In this document: positions 9,229 through 19,559 of the stretch, one piece after another
Layout of the letters: every line of letters begins with the position of its first letter
Position numbering within the stretch: position 1 is the first letter of the stretch
Assembly (NCBI GenBank): GCA_051954975.1
Contig: JBQCHE010000020.1
Location: 64,841-128,840 of the forward strand
Source of the DNA: Ginsengibacter sp.
Lineage (GTDB): Bacteria > Bacteroidota > Bacteroidia > Chitinophagales > Chitinophagaceae
Length of the DNA stretch: 64,000 bases
Reading direction: 5' to 3'
Position numbers and translations under genes: made by a program
The notes under the pieces: model-generated
Seen by the model: only the letters and a program-made list of their open reading frames with translations
Told to the model about the DNA's origin: nothing
The model's database searches: none

Positions 9229-12200
9229 TTAAAATCTTGCATTAAGGTTTATGCCATAGGTACGGGTAGTAGGCAGAGAATGAGTATCAAGCCCCTGGAA
9301 GTTATCCGATACAGAAATTTGTGATTCGGGGTCCAAATTATCCAGATACTTTTTGATCATTAAGGGATTGTTCACAAATGCTGAAACCACTAAAGCTTTT
9401 ACAGGTGTCTTTTTTACAAAAGAAGTCAGATCATAACCCAGTGAAACAGTTCTTAACCGAACAAAACTGGCATTGTAAACAAAAGGCTCACCCAGATTGC
9501 GTAACGAAGCATAAAACTCCTCAGCTGGTACAGCAACCGAATTTGATGTACCATCCGCGTTGTAACCTTTAAATACGACTCCTTCTTCTCTTCCTTCTAA
9601 TGAAGCTTTTGATAAGCCATGTCTTAAGAAATTAAAATTTGAATTTGAAAGTACCACGGCACCAGCCTTAAAATCTATTTGAGTGAAAAGTCTAAAAGCT
9701 TTATAGTTAATACTATTCGTCCAGCCTCCGGTCCATTTTGGAATGGCGCTCCCATAAGTTTTTAATTCGCCTAATAATGGTTTTCCTCCTGCTGTTAAAA
9801 TATTGCCTTTTGCATCTCTTTTATAATCAAAGGCTCTCACAGAAGCAAGCGGCAGTCCAACTTCATGGGAAATAATTCCGAAATATTGACCTACTCCAAC
9901 ATCAAAGGAATTCTGACCATTTGCCAGCGCAAGAACTTCACTTCTATTGTATGCTGCATTAAAACCGCTTTCCCAGTTTATTTTTCCTTTAATAGGAAAA
10001 ACAGTTAGTAATAATTCGACCCCTTCATTTTTTAGCTTCCCGATATTAACCTTTGTCTGGGTATATCCTGATGCTTCTGAGATGTTTACGTCCAAAATTT
10101 CATCAACAGTATTTTTCCGGTAGAGAGAGAAGTTCAAATTAACTCGATTGTTAAACATCCGAAGGTCCATTCCCACTTCTGTTTCCCGAACTTTTAATGG
10201 ACGTAAATTTGAATTGGGACTCACTGATGAGTTAATAGTTCCGAGTGCAATAGTATTTAAAGGATTAGGATTGATTGAATAATAAAGCGCATTGGTATAA
10301 GGGTCCGTATCTCCCCCAACCTCTGCATAAGCAGCGCGCAGCTTCCCATAATTCAACCACGATGGTTTTGTAGAAAAAATATCTGTAAAAACAAAACTAC
10401 CGTTTACGGAAGGGTATAAATAACTATTCGATTTTGGATTTAAGGTAGAGAACCAGTCATTCCGGGCTGTTAAATTGAGGAAAAGAAAATCTTTAAAGGA
10501 GAACTCAGCTGATCCATACAAAGAATTTACCCTCTTTTTACTGAAATCATAATCTGGGTTTTTTATTTGTCCATTACCAATTGTATACAGCCCTCTGACA
10601 TAGAAGTTGGTAACACTCGTACTAAGGCGATCAAATGTCTGCTGCATCTGATTTCCTCCAACCGTTATATCCATGAGGAAATTATTAAACTTATGGTTTG
10701 CTCCAACCAGAAAATCAATATTTCTTTCCCTGAATGTCGTTACATCCTGGTAATAATAGCCATTAAACCCCGAAACTGCAGTACTTAAGTTTCGGGACCC
10801 AGTAGGACGATTAAATTCATAGGGTCGGGTATAATAATCCTGTCCAATCCTGCCCTGCATATAAAGCCAGTCTGATAGTTGATACCGGATAGATGCATTT
10901 CCAAAAATTCTATCTCTTCTAATATTTTCAAAATGTTCATAAGCAACCCAATACGGATTATTTCTGCCTGTGAAACGCGCTAAAGGCATTTCATTTCCAT
11001 TAGAATCTTTGTAATTCTTTAACGAGTTTACATCAATACTATTTGCCATAGTATAAATGGTCGTGTTTACACTGAATCCTTCAATTCCAATCTGAGGAGG
11101 GTTATGATTGTATTCATTTGAATAATTTGCATTTACCTGCGTTGATAATTTAGGAGTCAGGTTATAATTTATGGCCAGGTTCAAAATCTTTTTATGGAAA
11201 TCAGAATTTGGAACAATTCCGATTGCATCTGTATTAGAAAATGAAATGCGGAAATTACCGCGGTCATAGCCGCCTGACAGAGCCACTGAATTAGTGGAAT
11301 TAAATCCCGGTCTATAAAATTCTCTTATACGGTTTTTATGAGGACTATAAGGCTTGAGAGTCCCGTCTGACTGAGGAGTTAACTTATTGTCGAATTTTTC
11401 TCCAAAGCTCCATATACCTGAACTCTGTGCTTCGGCAACCGTTGTAGGTCTTACCCCATTTTCCCCCTGTCCATACTCATATTGAAAGTCGGTAAAATCC
11501 AGTGCGGTTGAAAGCTGATTGTTAGTATTAAATTCAATCCCTATCCCTTTATGTTTGCTACCTGATTTGGTAGTAATAATTATAGCACCATCCTTCGCCC
11601 TGTAACCATAGAGGGCAGCGGCGGCAGCGCCTTTTAAAACAGTCATAGATTCAATATCATCCGGATTGATGCTTTGCAAGCCGTCTCCGCCATCAGAGGA
11701 TCCACCGGTTGGATTATCTGAATTTTTATAACCGGCAGAAATACTGGTGTTATTTATGGGTATTCCATTTACTATAATTAAAGGTGAATTATCGCCACCA
11801 AATGATGATTGGCCTCTAATCCGAATTTTGGCTGAGCCTCCGGGTCCACTTGTTGGAGCAGAAACATTTACTCCCGCCACCTTTCCAACCAAACTATTTC
11901 CCACATTCGTTGCACGGTCTGTTGTAATTTGATCGGTATTTACAACTCCCGTAGAATACCCAAGACTTCTGGCCTCCCTTTTTATTCCTAAAGCAGTTAC
12001 AACAACTTCATTTAATTTTGTGGCTTCTTCCTTTAAAACTATATTTAGTTCTGTACGATTATTTAAACTTATTTCTTGTGTGATAAATCCCACATATGAA
12101 AAGATTAAAAGCCCGTTTGCAGGAACATTGATTGAATATCTTCCTTTCGAATCTGTTGAGGTACCAATATTTGTTCCTTGCAGCGCAACACTTACTCCAA

Positions 12201-12600
12201 CCAATGGTTCTCCTTTTGAATTAGTAACGATACCGGTCACAATATTTAAAGGAACTGTTTGAATTGAAGAAACTGTTTGGTTTTCTTTTCTCTGTCCATA
12301 TTGGACCGGCTTTTCTCTTATTACTACGGTATTATCAAAAATTCTGTAAGTCAAAGGTTGGTTTGTAAAGCAGAGTTTCAAAACTTCATCTACAGGAGCT
12401 TGTGTTACCTGTAACGTAACAGGAGAGGCCTTTTCTAATATGTTCGTTTCATAAAGAAATGTGAAGCCCGTTTGATATTCGATTTTCTTAAGTACTTTCT
12501 CAAGTCTCGTTTTATTTTCATTAAGCGTAACTTTTTGAGCAACTACTTCTGCACTTACCTTGATGCAGGCAAAAAGCATTAAGCATGTTGTCAGTTTCAT
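9229..12600 (-). CDS. SusC-like TonB-dependent receptor with N-terminal STN signalling domain
   Basis: STN-like LEKVLKKIEYQTGFTFLYETNILEKASPVTLQV..., then a CarboxypepD_reg-like IVTGIVTNSKGEPLVGVSV, a plug (VVVTALGIKRE), a long beta-barrel and a C-terminal ...YGINLNARF. The likely start is the Met at 12600 (signal MKLTTCLMLFACIKVSA); the longest ORF reaches 12696. Confidence 0.9.
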   Translation of the reverse strand: MKLTTCLMLFACIKVSAEVVAQKVTLNENKTRLEKVLKKIEYQTGFTFLYETNILEKASPVTLQVTQAPVDEVLKLCFTNQPLTYRIFDNTVVIREKPVQYGQRKENQTVSSIQTVPLNIVTGIVTNSKGEPLVGVSVALQGTNIGTSTDSKGRYSINVPANGLLIFSYVGFITQEISLNNRTELNIVLKEEATKLNEVVVTALGIKREARSLGYSTGVVNTDQITTDRATNVGNSLVGKVAGVNVSAPTSGPGGSAKIRIRGQSSFGGDNSPLIIVNGIPINNTSISAGYKNSDNPTGGSSDGGDGLQSINPDDIESMTVLKGAAAAALYGYRAKDGAIIITTKSGSKHKGIGIEFNTNNQLSTALDFTDFQYEYGQGENGVRPTTVAEAQSSGIWSFGEKFDNKLTPQSDGTLKPYSPHKNRIREFYRPGFNSTNSVALSGGYDRGNFRISFSNTDAIGIVPNSDFHKKILNLAINYNLTPKLSTQVNANYSNEYNHNPPQIGIEGFSVNTTIYTMANSIDVNSLKNYKDSNGNEMPLARFTGRNNPYWVAYEHFENIRRDRIFGNASIRYQLSDWLYMQGRIGQDYYTRPYEFNRPTGSRNLSTAVSGFNGYYYQDVTTFRERNIDFLVGANHKFNNFLMDITVGGNQMQQTFDRLSTSVTNFYVRGLYTIGNGQIKNPDYDFSKKRVNSLYGSAEFSFKDFLFLNLTARNDWFSTLNPKSNSYLYPSVNGSFVFTDIFSTKPSWLNYGKLRAAYAEVGGDTDPYTNALYYSINPNPLNTIALGTINSSVSPNSNLRPLKVRETEVGMDLRMFNNRVNLNFSLYRKNTVDEILDVNISEASGYTQTKVNIGKLKNEGVELLLTVFPIKGKINWESGFNAAYNRSEVLALANGQNSFDVGVGQYFGIISHEVGLPLASVRAFDYKRDAKGNILTAGGKPLLGELKTYGSAIPKWTGGWTNSINYKAFRLFTQIDFKAGAVVLSNSNFNFLRHGLSKASLEGREEGVVFKGYNADGTSNSVAVPAEEFYASLRNLGEPFVYNASFVRLRTVSLGYDLTSFVKKTPVKALVVSAFVNNPLMIKKYLDNLDPESQISVSDNFQGLDTHSLPTTRTYGINLNARF

Positions 12601-12743
12601 GATTAATAAAATTTTGATTAAACAGAGACTCCTCAGGCAAGAGGTTTTGTAGTTAGGAAGCAATTCCATAGCTTTGATTCGTTTTTGGTGAAACAATAAT
12701 GATACTAACGGTTTTATTTTTGAATAGCCTAAACATTTTACGG

Positions 12744-12763
12744 GCCCCGACCCTCATCGGGGC
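12744..12763. other. GC-rich stem-loop between the anti-sigma and SusC-like genes
   Basis: gccccga-ccctca-tcggggc is a perfect 7-bp GC-rich stem in otherwise AT-rich intergenic DNA. There is no clean U-run on the minus strand. Confidence 0.4.
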
Positions 12764-12814
12764 TCGTTTCTTGCTATCCATGCATTAACTTTTTTTCTAG
12801 CTCATAACTTCTAT

Positions 12815-14017
12815 CTAATTTTCTGATATTATAATTTTTTTATCAACAATTTGCATACTTACGCCTGTATATTGCAGCATTGTTATTAACTCGCTTAGCT
12901 TTAGGTTTCTGCTGATTTTGCCTGTGAACCGGCGCTTCGGAATCGAACCTTTATATTCTACCTGCACATCATACCATCTTGAAAGCTGCCGCATAATATT
13001 CTGAACGTCGGCATTATTAAATTCAAAATTGTTATTCTTCCACGCAATTGCTTCATCGGTGTTAGCGTGCTGGTTAATTTTTAAAGTCCCTGATTTACTT
13101 AGGTTTGCTTGTTCACCGGGAGATAATGTGACAGTTTGGTTAACTGCATTTTCCGATGGTGCACTTTTTATTTTTACCGAGCCCTCTAATAATGTAGTTG
13201 CCACAACGCTTTCATCCGCATAGGCATTTACGTTAAAATGTGTTCCCAGTACTTCTATAGTCATATCATTGACCTTTACCTGAAAAGGCATTGATGAATT
13301 TTTCGCAATTTCAAAATATCCCTCACCGGTTAAAGTGACCTCCCTGTGTTTGCCCCGGAAAGATGCCGGATATTTTAATGAGGATTCGGCATTGAGCCAT
13401 ACTCTTGAACCGTCAGATAACACAATCTCATACTTTCCCCCACGAGGTGTGGATATTGTATTTAATCCCCATCCCTCTGCTCTTTTCTGATCTAAATCAT
13501 ACAATATCTGGCCATCTTCTCCTTTTATAATTTTGATATTTCCTTGTCTTGTAAGTATTCCATTTTTTGCTGTGTTCAAATCAATCATAGATCCATCAGC
13601 GAGCGTAAGCGTAGCCTTATTAGAACCGGGAAGCGCATCACTGGAAGAAACACCTATCGTTTGCTTTGGATTTTTCACAACCACAGTATCAATATTTCTA
13701 TTAGACATCCTGGTAAAAACATAAAACACGCTAGAAAAAACAAATGCAATCAAAATTGCCGCAGCCGATACTTTTACATAAACTTTATCCACGAACCTGA
13801 TTTTATTACCACTTCGTTTATTTTCTAAAATATTCCTCCAGATATCGTCCCGAATGTCATGCTTTAAATGTTCCTTTTGTTCTGAGGTAAGCAGTTCCAT
13901 TACATCTGGATTATTTTCAAAAAGGTTGTAATAGCTTATTATTAATTGATCTTCCTCACCGGTAGTTTTTCCTTGTTGATATTTGTTCAATAACTTTAAA
14001 AAATAACCTTTGTCCAT
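12815..14017 (-). CDS. FecR-family transmembrane anti-sigma factor
   Basis: 400 aa with a cytoplasmic N-terminus, a single TM (AAILIAFVFSSVFYVF) and a periplasmic FecR-like domain (...LTGEGYFEIAK...VLGTHFNVNAY...). It lies between an ECF sigma gene and an STN-bearing SusC. Confidence 0.85.
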   Translation of the reverse strand: MDKGYFLKLLNKYQQGKTTGEEDQLIISYYNLFENNPDVMELLTSEQKEHLKHDIRDDIWRNILENKRSGNKIRFVDKVYVKVSAAAILIAFVFSSVFYVFTRMSNRNIDTVVVKNPKQTIGVSSSDALPGSNKATLTLADGSMIDLNTAKNGILTRQGNIKIIKGEDGQILYDLDQKRAEGWGLNTISTPRGGKYEIVLSDGSRVWLNAESSLKYPASFRGKHREVTLTGEGYFEIAKNSSMPFQVKVNDMTIEVLGTHFNVNAYADESVVATTLLEGSVKIKSAPSENAVNQTVTLSPGEQANLSKSGTLKINQHANTDEAIAWKNNNFEFNNADVQNIMRQLSRWYDVQVEYKGSIPKRRFTGKISRNLKLSELITMLQYTGVSMQIVDKKIIISEN

Positions 14018-14338
14018 GTAATTGAGGTTTCCTTATGTTACCTGCTTATATATATGACCCGGATCATTAAAAATGTCCCATTCGTTTAGAAATTTTTTTA
14101 TTAAACAAAAGAATAAGTGAAACCGAAAGCTATGAATCTTCTTATCCCAACTAGTTTCATCTTAAAAAAGCCTGATTAAAAAAAAACAACTACATCAAGG
14201 TATTCTTGTTGTGCCTCCGCCCTTGGCTCAAGGGATTTTACTTAAGAATTGTTTCGATGTTTACGAAGGTTTTAGAAAAAGCAGGAGCAGTAAATAACTG
14301 TGAGAAAAAAGCTTAAATGATAGCGACAACCTGGTCAG

Positions 14339-14926
14339 TTAGGAATTTGCAACGATTATCACTAAATAAAATAAACGCAATAAAGAAACTTTCAGAGTTT
14401 CTATTGCTTTACCCAGTTGGTTTTGGACAGTCTTTATGGTGATTCCCAATTGTTTTGCAATTTCTTTGGTACGCAGATCCTCATGGAAACGTAATTTAAA
14501 AATTTCCTGCCTTTTTGGAGGTAATGACTGCACTATTGCATCATATGACTGGAAAAAATCTTTCCAGAGCAAATTGGAATCGGCTCCGCCGGTTTCAACT
14601 GAAACATTTTCAAGAAGATCGAAAAAAGGGTGGGTAACTTTCTGTTTTGTTACCAACTTGATCACTTTGTTCCGGACAGCTACATGTAAATAAGCAGCCA
14701 GATTGTCAATGTGGGTTGTTTCCCTGTTAAACCAGATATGAGAGAATATATCCTGCACAATATCTTTTGCATCATCATGATTTCCCAAACGCTTATATGC
14801 ATCAGCGTAGGCTTTCTGCCAGTATTTTTCGAACAGCGTATCGAAGGCACGGGTATTCCCTTCCTGCAGTAGCCGAAGTAGTAAAATATCAGAACTTTGA
14901 CTTAATTCATTTTCGTGCATAAGCAA
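14339..14926 (-). CDS. ECF-type RNA polymerase sigma-70 family factor
   Basis: 195 aa with region 2 (AKDIVQDIFSHIW) and a region 4 HTH (TKEIAKQLGITIKTVQNQLGKA). Confidence 0.85.
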   Translation of the reverse strand: MLMHENELSQSSDILLLRLLQEGNTRAFDTLFEKYWQKAYADAYKRLGNHDDAKDIVQDIFSHIWFNRETTHIDNLAAYLHVAVRNKVIKLVTKQKVTHPFFDLLENVSVETGGADSNLLWKDFFQSYDAIVQSLPPKRQEIFKLRFHEDLRTKEIAKQLGITIKTVQNQLGKAIETLKVSLLRLFYLVIIVANS

Positions 14927-15400
14927 AAGGATGTTAAACGAATGTAGAAAAATATTTCAATGAAATTAAATAAAAACATTAAAACATTTTACATCCTTGC
15001 AAAGGGGAAATAATAATTGCCAAAACATAACAGGAAATGGTATTTCGCAATGTCCTTTAAACTCTTATTTTTTGCTCGGCATTTAATGTAAGGATAGATA
15101 AAAGAAATAGGGTTACCAATGCGTTGTTCCAACTGTTCCTAAAATGTCATTGGTAGATTAACTCAATCTAAATAGACTAGATAAACATCTTCCTTATTTT
15201 AGCCGCTACTTTTCTATTCCATCCAATAGCTTAATCGTGATTCTTACGTTGATATCGGTGCTCTCTGGAAATGTATAATTGAAAAACCAAGGGATGTTTT
15301 AATTGTGGTTTAAAGGCATGTAGCGAAGAATGTATTTTACAAAATAAAAATCTTCAATATAAGTTTGTTTGCTGTTCTCTAATTTCCGTTTTCGTGAATT

Positions 15401-17332
15401 TTACCAAACTTTAATCTTTTGTTTCCCCGAATCCTTGATTTCAAAAGGTCCTGGGGAGGGGTTTTCAATGTTACGCTTTTTACCGAGGTAATCTATACCA
15501 ATGCGGAGCGCAGAGCCATCCACATTTTCAAAGGGAAGGCCAGGAACAATCGCTTTAGTTAGCCTTTCAGTGGTTACCAGCTTGCGTTTCTGATTCAACC
15601 AATTTTTTTCAAAAGAAATTTGGAGGTACAAGTCTTTACCCTGCTGCACCAAATTGACGACAGCATCAAAATTATTATCCACCAAAGGATTCGTTTCGGT
15701 AGCTACATGTTCTTTATATTCTTTCATTTGCTTCTCTGCGTTTTTGTTCAGCTCACCAAATTTGTACTGGCTATTGTTTTTCACGGCTCCAACGGCTCCA
15801 TTAGTATAGACATTTCCTTTAAAAATAACGGGCAGCAGCGCATTGTTATACTGGCTGGCATCTGCTCCATTGACAAACAGGTTGTTTATAAATTGAACAT
15901 CTCCACTCGGATTATCATGAAGTGCCACTACATAAGTAGAATGCGGCTTCATATATGGCGTTAGTCTTGCGTCGTAATGAATAACGTCTATTTTGCCCGC
16001 AAATAAATTGTGCACGAAAGCAGCGCCGCTGGAGTTCATTAAAAGATTGTTTTTCGATAATAAAATATTGTTGCATACCAACATCGGCCCATGATCCACT
16101 TCCAAAAAGATGTCTGTGGAATTGTCATTCATTAAATTACCTTTTATCTGTGCACCCTGCGCCATCCAGTCGAGCCATATTCCGGCAACGCCGCCTACAC
16201 GATAAATATGATTGTGCTCAATTTGTACATCTACTGCACCATGAAATTTAATACCTGCCATTTCCGCTCCTGTGAATAAGCGATGCACATAAATATCGTG
16301 TATGGTGTTTCCTTCTATTGTACTGAAAGAACAACCCATACTGCCTACAATGCCGGTTTGTTCGCAATAAGCAATTGTGTTGTTGCGAACAATATGCCCA
16401 CCAATGGTACCTTTGTTCCATCCAAAAGCTAACGCTCTTTTGATGGTGCCTACATATCCTTCGGCTGATTCAGCGCTCGTGTTATCGAATTCATCGCCAT
16501 ATTTACCTAATGCGATACCGGAACATTTGGAATATTCAATGGTATTATTTTCGATAATCCAGCCGCGACTCCAATGGGTGCCAATCAATCCCATTTGTTC
16601 TGCCGTTGGCGGCGCCCAGTTGGTAGCGGCTTGCTCCATGGTAAAGCCACGAACGGTAATGAAATTTATGAATGGCTTGTCGGGATAAAAAACGGTTGGA
16701 CGAACATTAATTTCTACCAGTTCTTTATTAGGATCAGCATCCTTAAATTGTGCCCACATGGTTGTAGTAGCCGAATCCACTTCTGCCCACCAAAGCGGAT
16801 TTTTTTCATCCCCATTAGCCATCACCTCTTGTTTTTTTGCTGCTTCCATCAGCCAATGGCCGTTTAGATAAACGGCTCCCCGGTGGTATTTCCGGCCTTC
16901 CGGCGTAGGCGTGAACCAATCACCCTGAATTAATTCTTTATACGGATTAAAATCCTTAAAAAATGTATTGGGAATTTTTACCGCCCATGTGTCGTTGTCT
17001 AATTTTTTCCAGCCTTTTATAATTTCTGAACCTTTTATTACAACCTTTTCGCGAGCGGCCGCTTCATAAACAATCCGTTCTGAATTGGAATTTCCTCCGC
17101 GTGGTGGCGTGATTTGCTCCCGGTAGGTTCCTGCATGAACAAGCACAGTATCGCCAGGCATAGCCAAATTCGCAGCCGCTGAAATAGTTTTTAGCGGTTT
17201 GGATAAAGAGCCATTATTGTGGTCATCACCATTTACCGAAACGTGGTATTTCGTTTGGGGTAAAGTAGATTTTTGTTGTGCTGAAACGGCCACTGTACTT
17301 AAAACAAACGCGCTGATTAGAAATTTTTTCAT
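15401..17332 (-). CDS. Secreted right-handed parallel beta-helix repeat protein (possible polysaccharide lyase/hydrolase)
   Basis: Signal MKKFLISAFVLSTVAVSAQQ (start at 17332; the longest ORF starts at 17434). N-terminal YHVSVNGDDHNNGSLSKPLKTISAAANLAMPGDTVLVHAGTY, then repeated NNTI/GNTI/HNHI turns typical of beta-helix CAZyme folds. Confidence 0.65.
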   Translation of the reverse strand: MKKFLISAFVLSTVAVSAQQKSTLPQTKYHVSVNGDDHNNGSLSKPLKTISAAANLAMPGDTVLVHAGTYREQITPPRGGNSNSERIVYEAAAREKVVIKGSEIIKGWKKLDNDTWAVKIPNTFFKDFNPYKELIQGDWFTPTPEGRKYHRGAVYLNGHWLMEAAKKQEVMANGDEKNPLWWAEVDSATTTMWAQFKDADPNKELVEINVRPTVFYPDKPFINFITVRGFTMEQAATNWAPPTAEQMGLIGTHWSRGWIIENNTIEYSKCSGIALGKYGDEFDNTSAESAEGYVGTIKRALAFGWNKGTIGGHIVRNNTIAYCEQTGIVGSMGCSFSTIEGNTIHDIYVHRLFTGAEMAGIKFHGAVDVQIEHNHIYRVGGVAGIWLDWMAQGAQIKGNLMNDNSTDIFLEVDHGPMLVCNNILLSKNNLLMNSSGAAFVHNLFAGKIDVIHYDARLTPYMKPHSTYVVALHDNPSGDVQFINNLFVNGADASQYNNALLPVIFKGNVYTNGAVGAVKNNSQYKFGELNKNAEKQMKEYKEHVATETNPLVDNNFDAVVNLVQQGKDLYLQISFEKNWLNQKRKLVTTERLTKAIVPGLPFENVDGSALRIGIDYLGKKRNIENPSPGPFEIKDSGKQKIKVW

Positions 17333-17401
17333 GGTTTCTGACTTGGATATTATCAATAATTCAGTTTTTTGTAACCTCGATGAATTTATTTCTTTTTCCC
17401 C

Positions 17402-17454
17402 AAAACAAAAAAGCTGTTTCGAAAGCGAAAACAAAAATCACTTTTGAAACAGCT
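17402..17454 (-). terminator. Rho-independent terminator of htpG
   Basis: Stem agctgtttcgaaag/cttttgaaacagct (one mismatch). On the minus strand it is followed by TTTTTTGTTTTG. Confidence 0.65.
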
Positions 17455-17476
17455 CCTCTTTTAAAGACGCGAAATA

Positions 17477-19330
17477 TTAGATTTCAGTTATAATCTTGCT
17501 TACCGGCCTTCCTTCCATCATTTCAACACTTCGGTTGATAAAAGAAGTCAATTCATTTCCTTTTAATAATCCCTGCGAAAGCAACGCAAGATCAGTGAGG
17601 CTCTTCACCATTTTTTCCTGCTGGTCTTTATTATTTTCTGCGAGAATTTTTTGAAACACCGGATGGTTGCCGTTCACTGTCAAGGTAACTTCCTCGGGCA
17701 TATTTCCATAAAAACTGCCCATGCCACCTCCGCCGTTCATCGCCATATCTTTCATCCTTCTCATAAATTCGGGACGCGTTGCAATTACCGGGGCAGACTC
17801 TTTCGACAAACCTTTTACTTCAACGGTGGTATGCAATTCAGGAATCTCGACTTTAAACAGTTCTTTCAATTTTTCGTTTTCCTCTTTGCTTAAAACGCTT
17901 TCATCATTTTCGTTTTTGTTGATGAGATTTTCTGTAATGTCGGCATCCACCCTTACGAATTGAACATCGTTCCATTTCATCTCCATGTTGTTGATAAATG
18001 CAGCATCTACCAGCGTTTCAAGTTTCACTACCACATAATTCTTTTGTTGTGCTGCTTTTACAAAGCTGTTTTGCTGAACGGGATCAGTAGTGTAAAGCAT
18101 TATCAGTTTGTCGTCTTTATTTTTTTGCAGCGCTTCTGTGGCTGTACGGTATTCTTCCATTGTGTAAAACCTGCTGCCATCTGCATCTTCAAATAAATTA
18201 AACTTGTTGGCTTTCTCTAAAAATTTATCATCGGTTATCATTCCGTATTTTACAAAAAGTCCGAGGCTGTCCCATTTTTCTTCAAAAGACTTTCTGTTTT
18301 CTTTAAAAAGTTCTTCCAGTTTATCGGCTACTTTGCGCGTGATATACGACCCGATTTTTTTCACATTAGCATCTCCTTGTAAATAGCTTCGGCTCACGTT
18401 GAGAGGAATATCAGGACTGTCAATCACCCCATGTAGCAGCATTAGGAATTCAGGAACGATGTCTTTTACTTCATCCGTAACGTACACCTGGTTGCTGTAA
18501 AGCTGGATTTTATCTTTTTGAATTTCAAAACTGTGTTTGACTTTGGGGAAATACAGAATGCCGGTAAGATTGAAAGGATAATCCACATTAAGATGGATCC
18601 AGAAAAGCGGTGGTTCGCTGAAGGGGTAAAGCTCTTTATAAAAATCCTGGTAATCTTTATCGGTAAGGTCAGATGGCTTTTTAGTCCACGCGGGAGTCGG
18701 ATTGTTGATTTGTTTGTCTTCAAAGAAAATAGGAACAGGTAAAAATCTGCAGAATTTTTCAAGCATATGCCTGATTCTGTCGGGTTCCAGAAATTCTTTG
18801 CTTTCTTCATTGATAAAAAGCACGATGTCTGTGCCGCGCTCTTTCTTTTTAGCAGTTGAAAAGGAATATTCAGGACTGCCGTCGCATTCCCATTTTACGG
18901 GTATTGCGTCTTCTTTATAGCTTTTGGAAATAATCTCAACTTTATCGCTCACCATAAATGACGAATAAAATCCAAGGCCGAAATGACCAATAATATTTGC
19001 CTCATTTTTTCCCTTGTACTTTTCCAAAAATTCTTCGGCGCCACTAAACGCTACCTGGTTAATATATTTATCCACTTCTTCTTCCGTCATGCCGACTCCT
19101 TTATCTGAAATCGTGAGAGTCTTTTTATCCTTGTCTATTTTTACGTGGATGTCTGTGTTGCCTATGTCGCCTTTTACTTCTCCATTCGCCGCAAGCGTTT
19201 TCAGTTTTTGTGTAGCATCCACCGCATTGCTCACCAGTTCACGGATAAAGATTTCATGGTCACTGTATAGAAATTTTTTAATGATGGGAAAAATATTTTC
19301 CGTTTGAACCCTGATATTTCCTTTTTGCAT
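17477..19330 (-). CDS. htpG: Molecular chaperone HtpG (Hsp90)
   Basis: 617 aa. The N-terminal ...IFIRELVSNAVDATQKL... GHKL ATPase motif and GHFGLGFYSSFMV are classic HtpG features. Confidence 0.95.
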   Translation of the reverse strand: MQKGNIRVQTENIFPIIKKFLYSDHEIFIRELVSNAVDATQKLKTLAANGEVKGDIGNTDIHVKIDKDKKTLTISDKGVGMTEEEVDKYINQVAFSGAEEFLEKYKGKNEANIIGHFGLGFYSSFMVSDKVEIISKSYKEDAIPVKWECDGSPEYSFSTAKKKERGTDIVLFINEESKEFLEPDRIRHMLEKFCRFLPVPIFFEDKQINNPTPAWTKKPSDLTDKDYQDFYKELYPFSEPPLFWIHLNVDYPFNLTGILYFPKVKHSFEIQKDKIQLYSNQVYVTDEVKDIVPEFLMLLHGVIDSPDIPLNVSRSYLQGDANVKKIGSYITRKVADKLEELFKENRKSFEEKWDSLGLFVKYGMITDDKFLEKANKFNLFEDADGSRFYTMEEYRTATEALQKNKDDKLIMLYTTDPVQQNSFVKAAQQKNYVVVKLETLVDAAFINNMEMKWNDVQFVRVDADITENLINKNENDESVLSKEENEKLKELFKVEIPELHTTVEVKGLSKESAPVIATRPEFMRRMKDMAMNGGGGMGSFYGNMPEEVTLTVNGNHPVFQKILAENNKDQQEKMVKSLTDLALLSQGLLKGNELTSFINRSVEMMEGRPVSKIITEI

Positions 19331-19488
19331 AACTACTTTTTTTTATTCCGAAGGTTTACAAATGCGGTGCCATTCCTGCTTTTCTGACATCATGACATCA
19401 ATATCAGCGCTCACTTTTCTGGAAAAAACATGAAGACGTTGAAACAAGATTTTTCAATCGAATAATTTTTATTTCGAGGGTGTTTTCG

Positions 19489-19521
19489 TTTTGCCACGAC
19501 AAAATGATTCAGTTATATTTG
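19489..19521 (+). promoter_or_regulatory. Candidate Bacteroidota-type promoter for tRNA-Arg
   Basis: TATATTTG (19514-19521) fits the -7 consensus TAnnTTTG. TTTTG at 19489-19493 is at about the -33 spacing. The box lies about 40 nt upstream of the mature tRNA 5' end. Confidence 0.35.
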
Positions 19522-19559
19522 CAAAACTTTTTTTCGGCCAAATTATATTTACTTAGTGC

